Shown: positions 44,860 to 53,570 of the stretch, in pieces
Layout of the letters: each line of letters opens with the position of its first letter
Numbering within the stretch: the stretch's first letter is position 1
Program-made: the position numbers and the translations under genes
The notes under the pieces: generated by a model
What the model was told of the DNA's origin: nothing
Seen by the model: the letters and a program-made list of their open reading frames with translations, nothing else
The model's database searches: none
IMG/VR virus record: IMGVR_UViG_3300031566_000019
Span: 7,681-71,680 of that record
DNA: 64,000 bases
Strand: one strand, 5' to 3'
Source: a virus

Positions 44860-47800
44860 TGCGTCTGTCCTCACCGAACGTGAAGAGGAAGTTGCCGACA
44901 TCGAAGAACTCAAGGCGACTCGCTTCGATGTTCTGTGCCAGCACATCTACCGAGGTCACGGTGTACGTGGCCGCGTAGGCGTGCAGAACAGGGCGATCGT
45001 TCACAGGCAACGAGAGAAGGACACGATTCTGCGTGATCTGCTGTCGGATAGCCTCAACCTCCGCATTCGTGTTGGCTTGCGGGAACTTCTGACTGATGGT
45101 GGCATCGTCCGAGTACCCTGGAATGGCCAACCCAGCATTTCCGATGATGAACGCTTGGTTTGGAGAGTTGACGATGGACAGAGGGTCCGACTCAAGAAAC
45201 GCCAATGCGAAATCATCTTGGAACACCCCACGGAAATCCGTGGTCGGACCTCCTGCGTTACTCGTCGGGTTGTTGAGCTCGTCGTCGAGCAACCATGTCC
45301 TGACCGTGTCCGTAGTGAGGGGCACCTGCGGCGTACCAAGTAGCAGGAGGGTCTCCGACTCGGTGACTGTCGAAATGGATTCCCGTACTACACGAGCACC
45401 AGGCCCTCGAGCGAGCTTCGTGAGGGGCGTCTGCACATAACTGACACCCGTCGTACCGTCGATGACGGCGATGACATCCGATTGTCGAACTGCGGACCCG
45501 AGGGGGAGCGCACGAAGGAACGTGGCCAAGTTCGTGCGCAATCGGGTGTCTGCCCTGGAGCGCGAAGCTCCAGATTGAAGTGTAATCGTCGCGGTGATGT
45601 CTGTCGGAATCTCCACGGCCTCCTTGACCAAGACATCCGCAGTAAGATGCTTCTGCGCATCCAGTGCGTCCTGCGTCGTTTTGATGACGAAGTTTGTCGT
45701 GTACGCGACGGTGAAATTCTCAGCGTGGTCGTAGTCCACAAGCACTGTCTCACCACTAGAGATGCTGCTGTTCTCGGTACGCCGGATGGCAACTGCCGTG
45801 GTGGAGTTCCCGGCGATGATAATGAAATCTGCGTTGCCACTCGGGTCCGTCGGTCCCCGGTATTCCACGGTGCCGCTCTGATTGAACACGCGAACGGTCA
45901 GCAGGTTGACACCAAGGTTGTTAAGGAACTCATCAAACTGGGCCAGCATGATGTGGCCTTCCGAAGAGATCGCAATGGGCTCCCCTGAGGGCACCCCGTT
46001 GACCTGATTGATCCTCAGGAAATCCCCCGCTCGGACCGAGCGCCCATCAAGAAGAGGGTCGGATGGCCGCACGAAGTTGTAACTCGTGTCAGGCAACGTG
46101 CCCGACACCTGCCCGGTCACCGAGACCACAGAATTCACAGGCTGCCGGGTGAACGTGAAAGTGTTGGAGGTCTGGTAACGATAGTCGCCGAGCACTACAT
46201 CGCCCAAACTCACCGCAGGTTGGGCGATCGTGGTGTCAAGCTTGATCGTCTGAAAATCTTGGATCACCACGTTGGTGAGGTTGAAAAAAGTGCCACGCGA
46301 AGCATTGCGAAGCCCCAACCCCAAAGCCACATCGTCGAGCATCTGAGCGAGAGGGTTGCTGATGGACAAGTTCGTGTCCTGAGCTCGGAACACGAGATCA
46401 TTCGGGTTACCGATCAAAACAAACTGAACATCCCGCGCAACTTCAAAGGTGAAAGCGAACACGTCGGTAACTTGACCCGCGGACTCGCCCCGAACCCACA
46501 CATCGACTTTGCCACCAACATGCTTCTTGAAGTCATCATCGTAGTCGCGCTGCATGAGCGCGTCACCGGCCTCCACCACGCGAACTTCTTGCACGCCTGC
46601 CACGTCAGCCGTGGTCTGGAGGGTGCCCTGCTCCGTTCCGGTATCTACCCCTGCGAGTGCGTTGCGGGCTCGGATGGAGAGCTGGAGGTTCGTCTCCTGA
46701 TTGAGGCCACCGAAGGTGTTGTTCGGGTTTGAAACCCCGAGCCCGGGAATCGAAGACACAAGGGTTCTGATCTGACCCGCGCCACGGTTGCCCGCGGTTC
46801 CAGCTTGAATCGCTTGCACCTGCACATCCACTTGGAAAAACCCGGTCGTTGGATTGAGGAAGGCAGCAAGGTTTTCAAGGGGAATCGAAGCGTCCGTCAC
46901 CGTAGCGAACTGGACGCCCCCGCTCGCCACTCGGGTACCAAGCGGGATGAAAATAGTGGCGTTGGGTTGTTGCCGCGTGAAGAAGGTGACGAAGCCTCGA
47001 GCTCGAGTGCCCGCACGACGGAAGACCCCGTTGCGAGCTGCGAGTTGGTTAACCGACTCGTCGATGATCGTCTGTACCTCTCCAGGGTTCTGGAGAGAGA
47101 ACACCTGTTGGAGGGCTTGTTTGTACGGGGACTGGTTGACCGGCGTGGGGCCCCCGGTCGAAGTCACTCCGTCGATTTGGAGCAGAGTGTCGAAGGACTG
47201 AATGCGGTACAAGAAATCCACCAAGAGCCGCATCCTGATGATTTCATTTGCAGCCGGGTCCACCACCGTGTCACGGATGACTGCCCCCTGTTGGACCGCA
47301 AGCTGTGGTGTAGTCCGCGTGAGACTGTTGATGGTGTCCTCGACCACATCGAGACGAGCCGGGGAGGGAAAGGTCCCAAGGTTCTCGTTAACGATGGTCG
47401 GGGTGGCCGCCACTTCAATGGAGAACGCCGACTCAATCTCGGTCTGCACATCAGGATCGAAGAACAGCGCCGTGGCCACATAGTAGAGCGGCTCCGTGAG
47501 GGGTGTGCTTGAGAACTCACCGATGGGCGCCGTAGGTGGCGTATTGAGCGGACCGTATTGCCGGTTGTGACTGAACGTGTAGAAGCTGCGCTCAACCACG
47601 GACTCCGTGGTCACAGTCGTCTTGATGCGTGTGACTGTCTCGGGGACCTCCGTTACGTTGACGAAGTCGGTCTCGAGCAGGTTCTCCTGCTCTTGTTCCG
47701 TGATCGCAGCCGCGAGCTCGGGAGTGAGTGGGATGTCCTCCAGGTTCTCAACGATGTCATTGCTTGAAGTCTGTGTTTGCAAGATCTTGACATAGAGAGG

Positions 47801-48400
47801 GTCTGCCGCCGGTGTCCCGTCAGGGTTCGTCGCAATCGTGTTTTCTGACTCAAAAGAAAGGATCGTTGAAGTCTCCTCCACCTTCTCAAAGTCAATGACG
47901 ACGTTGATGTTGACACGCTGGTATCCCGAGGCACCGCCCCCTTGGAAACGAGACGCATAGAAGTTCAACCCTCGGAAAGTCGTCGAGTTGACCCCCTCTG
48001 CACGAATTGTCACCGAGTCTTGGAACTGCTCAACGCTGACGTTCGTAGGGGGCGTGCTGAGGAGACCGATGTCAGCTTGCTGTACAAGGGTGGCCTCGAC
48101 TTGAGCAGGCATCGAGACCGCACCAGAAAAACTGATGGATCGGACTTTAATGGCATTGAGCCCTGGGGCGAGCTCCAACCCGTCGGGGAAAGAGGATGGG
48201 TTCGGGAACGAGAACTTGGTCCCCTCAAACACGATGAGATCGGGGTCCGACGTAAACGGCTCCCCCCGAACACTGATCTGCATGTCCACGGTGTCGGGGG
48301 CCATGACGCCCGCAAAGAACCGATTTGGAATCGTAGTGGAAAACAGAGTGACCTCGCGAGGGACTCCATCAGGGCCGAAAACTTTGGGTGTATCTACCAT
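44852..48400 (-). CDS. baseplate J-like (T4 gp6-like) wedge protein
   Basis: LAARNGVFRRAGTRARGFVTF..IPLGTRV..VQAIQAGTAGN..GGLNQETNLQLSIRA; C-terminal LGSAVRQSDVIAVIDGTTGVSYV. Confidence 0.88.
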   Translation of the reverse strand: MVDTPKVFGPDGVPREVTLFSTTIPNRFFAGVMAPDTVDMQISVRGEPFTSDPDLIVFEGTKFSFPNPSSFPDGLELAPGLNAIKVRSISFSGAVSMPAQVEATLVQQADIGLLSTPPTNVSVEQFQDSVTIRAEGVNSTTFRGLNFYASRFQGGGASGYQRVNINVVIDFEKVEETSTILSFESENTIATNPDGTPAADPLYVKILQTQTSSNDIVENLEDIPLTPELAAAITEQEQENLLETDFVNVTEVPETVTRIKTTVTTESVVERSFYTFSHNRQYGPLNTPPTAPIGEFSSTPLTEPLYYVATALFFDPDVQTEIESAFSIEVAATPTIVNENLGTFPSPARLDVVEDTINSLTRTTPQLAVQQGAVIRDTVVDPAANEIIRMRLLVDFLYRIQSFDTLLQIDGVTSTGGPTPVNQSPYKQALQQVFSLQNPGEVQTIIDESVNQLAARNGVFRRAGTRARGFVTFFTRQQPNATIFIPLGTRVASGGVQFATVTDASIPLENLAAFLNPTTGFFQVDVQVQAIQAGTAGNRGAGQIRTLVSSIPGLGVSNPNNTFGGLNQETNLQLSIRARNALAGVDTGTEQGTLQTTADVAGVQEVRVVEAGDALMQRDYDDDFKKHVGGKVDVWVRGESAGQVTDVFAFTFEVARDVQFVLIGNPNDLVFRAQDTNLSISNPLAQMLDDVALGLGLRNASRGTFFNLTNVVIQDFQTIKLDTTIAQPAVSLGDVVLGDYRYQTSNTFTFTRQPVNSVVSVTGQVSGTLPDTSYNFVRPSDPLLDGRSVRAGDFLRINQVNGVPSGEPIAISSEGHIMLAQFDEFLNNLGVNLLTVRVFNQSGTVEYRGPTDPSGNADFIIIAGNSTTAVAIRRTENSSISSGETVLVDYDHAENFTVAYTTNFVIKTTQDALDAQKHLTADVLVKEAVEIPTDITATITLQSGASRSRADTRLRTNLATFLRALPLGSAVRQSDVIAVIDGTTGVSYVQTPLTKLARGPGARVVRESISTVTESETLLLLGTPQVPLTTDTVRTWLLDDELNNPTSNAGGPTTDFRGVFQDDFALAFLESDPLSIVNSPNQAFIIGNAGLAIPGYSDDATISQKFPQANTNAEVEAIRQQITQNRVLLSLPVNDRPVLHAYAATYTVTSVDVLAQNIEASRLEFFDVGNFLFTFGEDRRNV

Positions 48401-48411
48401 CGCTAGATCTC

Positions 48412-49584
48412 CTACCTGGGCGCCACCCCTGGGAGGGTGCCGGTTCGAGGATCAAGTCCGAACCCTTGGAGTCCCAACGAGAGGCCGTTGCTTCCGGCCA
48501 AAGCAGCCGTCCCCGGTGCCGCGAAGACGGTATTGATGACGACGGGATGGTTGGACGCGTTTGCGGCAACGATTTCGACCTCAAACACCGTCGGATCAAA
48601 TTGAGACGGGAAAGTGCGTACCGAAACGACCGAAGCAAGACGCTCCCGAGAAGACACGGCCTGGTAGCGTGCCTGCGCCGTCTGGAGGCGCTGAAAAATC
48701 GTGAGGGTCATCGTGATATCTTCCGTGATGACAGACGCCCCCGCTCCGACAGCCTTCGTACCAATGCGTTCAAGCAACGTGGTCCCGTACTTCGCATTGA
48801 ACGGGTTGGACCCCTTGATCGTGCTGAGAATCTTGAGCACCGACTGGTTCAACAAGTCCTCATTGATGACCGTCAAAGGCTCGCCTGCTACATCGATCCG
48901 ATAGTCGTTTTCGATGCCGTAGCCTTGGCAGCGACGACAGTGCTGTTGGTACGTCGTGTAGGTGACTTTGAAGAAAGGGTTGCCCTTCACTGGCTCTACG
49001 AACCTCGGGAACCGGGAACTGACGGTGCGCACCGAGGCAAGCCCCGGATTGATGTTGAGCACATCCCGTTCAGCAAACTCCCAAGCCGGATAGACCACAC
49101 GACCTCGCGCTCGGATCTGATGGACAAAACCAAGGCTCTTTCCCGCAGGCCCTTCCACGCGCACTCGTGAGCGCGGTCCTTGGTCCAGGCGGTCTCGGAC
49201 ACGTATGTATCCATTGATGTTGGCGCACACCAAATCAACCGCTTGGTTGGCAAACGCCGCATTTAACAGCTCGACCACTCGACTCGCGGGCACGCGCGAT
49301 CCCGTAGGAAGGTCCACCGTCACGGTCTGTGTTCGATTGGAAAGGGTGACCGTGTTTTCGTTTTTGACGATTTTGAAAGGGCCCGACCCTGACCCCGACA
49401 ACAACGCCGACGTAAGCAACCCGTGCGCCGGGATCGACACGTCATCGTTGGCCGTGATGCGCACCCGACTTGAGGACGCCACTGGCTGCAAAGTGCGCAG
49501 CTCCTGGCGGTCAGCGCCTAGAGGCACCTCCTCTTCAATCGTCAGGTGGGGACACGCATGTCCCAGTTGGAAATCAAAGCTCAT
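48412..49584 (-). CDS. gp25/gpW-like baseplate protein with an N-terminal extension
   Basis: C-terminal LNQSVLKILSTIKGSNPFNAKYGTTL (gp25 pattern), preceded by CRRC; immediately upstream of the J-like gene. Confidence 0.75.
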   Translation of the reverse strand: MSFDFQLGHACPHLTIEEEVPLGADRQELRTLQPVASSSRVRITANDDVSIPAHGLLTSALLSGSGSGPFKIVKNENTVTLSNRTQTVTVDLPTGSRVPASRVVELLNAAFANQAVDLVCANINGYIRVRDRLDQGPRSRVRVEGPAGKSLGFVHQIRARGRVVYPAWEFAERDVLNINPGLASVRTVSSRFPRFVEPVKGNPFFKVTYTTYQQHCRRCQGYGIENDYRIDVAGEPLTVINEDLLNQSVLKILSTIKGSNPFNAKYGTTLLERIGTKAVGAGASVITEDITMTLTIFQRLQTAQARYQAVSSRERLASVVSVRTFPSQFDPTVFEVEIVAANASNHPVVINTVFAAPGTAALAGSNGLSLGLQGFGLDPRTGTLPGVAPR

Positions 49585-49587
49585 GGG

Positions 49588-49610
49588 TCTACTCTCTGGC
49601 GTCTAATAGG
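49588..49610 (-). promoter_or_regulatory. candidate late promoter CCTAT-N14-TAGA
   Basis: CCTAT-TAGACGCCAGAGAG-TAGA in a 30-bp intergenic gap. Confidence 0.55.
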
Positions 49611-49614
49611 CAAA

Positions 49615-50562
49615 TCACCCCACGGCCCAGGGGTCCACACCCACCGGATCGTCAAAAAGCGTGTCGAACAGCGAGATACCTGTTGGATTGGTCTCCGTGC
49701 CCAGCTTTGTGGTCGTGAAATCCGGCTCTCCGTCGCTGTTCGTTTGGTAAAAAACGCCATCCATCTCCGATACGAGCCGGGTGAGGTGGAGGTTGCGCGC
49801 ATAGCGGGAGGGATCTGGGGGGTTCGGAAGATCCTCGACTGAGCCTCCGATGGCTTGTTGGATCAGCGTGTCGCGCTCCTCCATAAGCTGCTCCCGGAGG
49901 TCCATCAGTTTGATGATGCGCTGTTCCAAATGCTCAAGTTCTCCGAGCTCCTGTCGAACCCACCGACGTGCGTGGTCCATGCGAATAGCCACGTTGCCCC
50001 CAGCATCCGCTTGGTCGAAATACTTGCCAGCCAGGGTCATGGCATCTCGAGGGAACGTCGGAAGGGCACCGGCATATCGACCACCAGGCCCATAAGAGTC
50101 CGTGCTGCGTGGAGCGATGGCACCACCATGGGGCTGGTCATACGGCGTCGACTCAACACCCTGGTCCGTGAAGACTTCGTTGGGGTTGTCATCAGGACTC
50201 TCAGTGGGGTCGTTGTTGGTCGAGAATAGGATTTCATCCGGTTGGAGCCACATGGAGATGCTCATAGGGCTGCCACCCTGAGCGATGTACGCTTGACAGA
50301 GTTTCTCAAGCGAAGACCCCGGCGTAACCAAGTATTTCGTCCGCACCTCCGACACAGTCTGGACAACGCGTTCAGAGCCATTTTGCGTGTCCTTCACCGT
50401 TTCTTCACGCGTTTCGTAGAAAGCGGTGATGCGACCAAGCCTGCGGAGTTCGGCGTTGAGTACCTTGACGCGTGAAGAAACATTGCGGCGTTCGTTCAAC
50501 GTCCAGTTGCGGAAAGCCCCCCACTGCGCTTTGCGCATGGACCCGAGATAGTTGAACGGCAT
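49615..50562 (-). CDS. hypothetical protein with a coiled coil, structural block
   Basis: 315-aa ORF with a TGATG overlap; heptad segment ELEHLEQRIIKLMDLREQLMEERDTL. Confidence 0.75.
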   Translation of the reverse strand: MPFNYLGSMRKAQWGAFRNWTLNERRNVSSRVKVLNAELRRLGRITAFYETREETVKDTQNGSERVVQTVSEVRTKYLVTPGSSLEKLCQAYIAQGGSPMSISMWLQPDEILFSTNNDPTESPDDNPNEVFTDQGVESTPYDQPHGGAIAPRSTDSYGPGGRYAGALPTFPRDAMTLAGKYFDQADAGGNVAIRMDHARRWVRQELGELEHLEQRIIKLMDLREQLMEERDTLIQQAIGGSVEDLPNPPDPSRYARNLHLTRLVSEMDGVFYQTNSDGEPDFTTTKLGTETNPTGISLFDTLFDDPVGVDPWAVG

Positions 50563-53252
50563 CAGTCGTTTCCTTTGAAAAGCGCAGCGAACACGTCAAT
50601 GGCCAGGTTGGGGATGCCACCGGCGAACAGGACGATGCCACCACCGTAAGAGTCCGATTGCGGGTTTGCAGGCGGGGTGGGCTTGTTCTGCGAACCAATC
50701 AAGGCCGTGGTCACCCCATCTGTACCGGGGGCCACAACAACGAGGCCCGCCGCTGGCGTGATGGAGAAGAAGAACCGAAGCAATCGTTGGATGAGAGCAT
50801 TGAGTCGGTTGAGGAAGGCTTGGAGTTCGCGGATACGGCTCTGAAGAAATTCGATGTAGCGCCGAATGGTCTCCGCGATGCTTTCAATCGCAGCTTGAAT
50901 GGCCCTGAGCAGCGCGAGGATCTGATCGAAGAAACGATCGATGGCTGGGATGCCTTGCGGGAACAGCCGGAAAGCAATCCAGCCGCGCTCTTGTGGGCGC
51001 ACTTGAGGCCCCACAGCGACTTGGAGCACGAACTGTGCCCCCTCATACACGCTGTCGGGGATCAGGTTGCGAACGAAATCCATGGACTGCAGTCGAGCCC
51101 CTTGTCGGATATATGCAACCGGCGCCATGTCGACTGACCCGCGTCCTCGGTTGCTACCTTCCGTCACCGACGCGAAGAAGAAGTGTGGGTTTCGTTGAAG
51201 AAGAGCACGGCTTCCAGTCTGACGAGTTATGTTGTCCGCGATGCGGCCGCCCGTTACTCCGAGTGACTGCGGGTTCGGAGACAACCCGAAAGTGTTGTTG
51301 TCGTTTTGAAGAAGTTCAAGAAGAGACCCCCCTACCTGACCTTGACTCCTTCGGATCTCATCAACATCGGGGTCCGTAGTGACTCCGATGTTGCCAAAGC
51401 GCGGGTCGAAGAAGATGCCGAAGTTGAGAAGATCCTGAGCACGCTCGACAGCAAGTTGGCGTGCGGGGAGCGGCGGCAAATTCTGGGTAAGGAATCGGTT
51501 CGTCAAATTGATGCAGTTGATGAACAGCTTGCGCCTGAACTTCGGCAACGACGCGCCGGCTTCATTGAAGTACTTCTTGACCTGGCGGCGTCCGGTGAGC
51601 TGGATCATCAGGAATTTTGCCAAGTCTTCAAGACCCGTGGACAGGCGAGCGTTATCCTCGTAGGTACCCCAAAACGGGTTGATCCTTCCATCAGCGAGCG
51701 CCTGCCCCGACGACGGCGGGAAATCAACGGGCTCTCCGCTCTCCGAGAGAATGACAGGAAGATCTGACCGACTCAGCACCAAAACGGCCAACGCTTCAGC
51801 CACAGCACGCAAGTACAGTTCCGTGCTCGCGTCGGGGAACAAAATGGGTGTCACGGCCGAAGGAGGTCCGGCATCCAGAAGCCCCACCGTGTCAGGATTC
51901 TTGAGTGTGAGTACGGGCCCCTCACGGTCACGCAAAGCCGTTTGGTCCGCGACAAACTGGTAACCCGTTGCGGACTTGATGTCCCGAGTCACCGCACGCA
52001 CACGAACGAAGAACCGCTCTGGCTGGTTGTCATCGTTTTTCCGTGCAATTTTACCGGGGCCCGCGGGGCCAAAAAGACCCGTATTGAGCTCAAAATCGGC
52101 ATCGAACGGCATGTCATCAAACAGGAAAGTCGCGCCGTAGCCCTTGCCTGGAAAGAACAGATTCTGACTAAACGGAACGTAGAAAGTTTTCTGGAGGTAG
52201 TGCTTGTCTCCGCTCTGGAGCAGGTCAAGCGGGATCGGGGCTTGGTCGTTGAGGTTTTTGATACCGTAGATGCGAACAGCGTCGCTCTTGAACTCTCCCA
52301 AGAAGTCAACAGCATCGTTCCAGTTGATGTTGCCGTTGACATCGACCTGTTGAATCCCACCACGAAGGAGGATCTGGTTCCCGTCTTCATCGAGGACATC
52401 CACAACCTCCGTCTTGGACGGCTGGTTGTTGAGGTCCATGGACTGCGCCGAGCCTTCGATGACACGCTCGGCCACGAGTTTGATGGGTTGCTCAAGCGTG
52501 GAGAACTCCACGAAGAATCCCGCGGGGGGGAGAATGGGCGTATCGGGAAAAGGCGCCCCCGGAATAGGGGCCATCTGCCACGTCAAGTTCACCGCGTTAT
52601 AGGGGTTGGCGAGGTTGTCTTCGACAGAACGCTTGGGACCGATGCCACGGAAAAACCCCTTGCTGAACGAGAAGATCGTCGCCCCGTCGTACCCGTAAGT
52701 CGCTTGGACGTTGGTGACCGAGCTGTTCAACCGGTTCCGTCCCCTCCGATTGAAAAGCGCGAGAATGGACCGGATGAGTTGGACGATGCGGTTGATGCCG
52801 CGGATATCGGCCTGGACAAACAAGAACACTGCCAGGCACGTCGAAAAGGAACTGATGTTCGGACGGTTGGGGTCCGAAGTGTCTTGCAGACGTGCCACCA
52901 TGCGGGCTTCGTAAGACAGGTAGCCGCCCTTGAGCGCCTGAAAATCAGGCCCCTCGAGCGCGTACATGTCCCCGTGGATGTAGATGCCCAACTGTCGGAG
53001 GTCGTTGAGAAGCGCCTCGATAAGACGCTTGATCGCTTCGATGAGGGCGATCAAGGGATCAAGCAATCCGCTGAGGAACACCTTAAGCAACTCGAGCACC
53101 GCCAAAAGAATGTCGAGGATGCGGATGATGAACGAGAAGAACGCATCAACCGCCTCGCGCACCGGCTCCAGAAAGTCCGGGATCTCAAGCGAGATGGTCT
53201 GCCAGGTGCCTACAACGCCTTGTTGTTCTGGTCCTAATTCTGGATTTGGCAT
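50562..53252 (-). CDS. large hypothetical virion protein with terminal amphipathic helices
   Basis: 896-aa ORF with a GGAGG RBS; long Leu/Ile-rich helices at both ends. Confidence 0.75.
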   Translation of the reverse strand: MPNPELGPEQQGVVGTWQTISLEIPDFLEPVREAVDAFFSFIIRILDILLAVLELLKVFLSGLLDPLIALIEAIKRLIEALLNDLRQLGIYIHGDMYALEGPDFQALKGGYLSYEARMVARLQDTSDPNRPNISSFSTCLAVFLFVQADIRGINRIVQLIRSILALFNRRGRNRLNSSVTNVQATYGYDGATIFSFSKGFFRGIGPKRSVEDNLANPYNAVNLTWQMAPIPGAPFPDTPILPPAGFFVEFSTLEQPIKLVAERVIEGSAQSMDLNNQPSKTEVVDVLDEDGNQILLRGGIQQVDVNGNINWNDAVDFLGEFKSDAVRIYGIKNLNDQAPIPLDLLQSGDKHYLQKTFYVPFSQNLFFPGKGYGATFLFDDMPFDADFELNTGLFGPAGPGKIARKNDDNQPERFFVRVRAVTRDIKSATGYQFVADQTALRDREGPVLTLKNPDTVGLLDAGPPSAVTPILFPDASTELYLRAVAEALAVLVLSRSDLPVILSESGEPVDFPPSSGQALADGRINPFWGTYEDNARLSTGLEDLAKFLMIQLTGRRQVKKYFNEAGASLPKFRRKLFINCINLTNRFLTQNLPPLPARQLAVERAQDLLNFGIFFDPRFGNIGVTTDPDVDEIRRSQGQVGGSLLELLQNDNNTFGLSPNPQSLGVTGGRIADNITRQTGSRALLQRNPHFFFASVTEGSNRGRGSVDMAPVAYIRQGARLQSMDFVRNLIPDSVYEGAQFVLQVAVGPQVRPQERGWIAFRLFPQGIPAIDRFFDQILALLRAIQAAIESIAETIRRYIEFLQSRIRELQAFLNRLNALIQRLLRFFFSITPAAGLVVVAPGTDGVTTALIGSQNKPTPPANPQSDSYGGGIVLFAGGIPNLAIDVFAALFKGND

Positions 53253-53255
53253 CAG

Positions 53256-53570
53256 CTACCTCCCTCCCCCTCGTTTGAGTCGCGCAAGCTGATGGCCCAG
53301 TTCGTCTGTTTCCCGAAGGTCGTGTTCGACTTGTTGTTCGATGATGCCGCCCATCTCTTTCAAGATGTCCGCGTACCATTTGAGCGTAGGCAACTGAGCC
53401 GTGTCCCCGTCCTTGACGTGGTCTTCGTTGTTGACCCACTGGTTTGGTTCGATCCCCTGTGCCCGAAGTCGTTCAATGACCTCTTCGGGGGTCATCTTCG
53501 AACAATCGAAATCAAAGGGACTCCGGTACTCGTACGGCTTGCGCTCCCTCTTCCTTTTTCGAGTGGTCAT
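53256..53570 (-). CDS. small hypothetical protein
   Basis: 104-aa ORF; ATGA overlap with the giant gene; C-terminal coiled coil. Confidence 0.7.
   Translation of the reverse strand: MTTRKRKRERKPYEYRSPFDFDCSKMTPEEVIERLRAQGIEPNQWVNNEDHVKDGDTAQLPTLKWYADILKEMGGIIEQQVEHDLRETDELGHQLARLKRGGGR

Noticed and set aside
43429-49584. Bacterial extracellular contractile injection system or tailocin instead of a phage
   Set aside because: The baseplate genes are contiguous and co-oriented with a ligase, DnaB, SNF2, MTases and a divergent GroEL, with no host housekeeping context, which fits a large phage.
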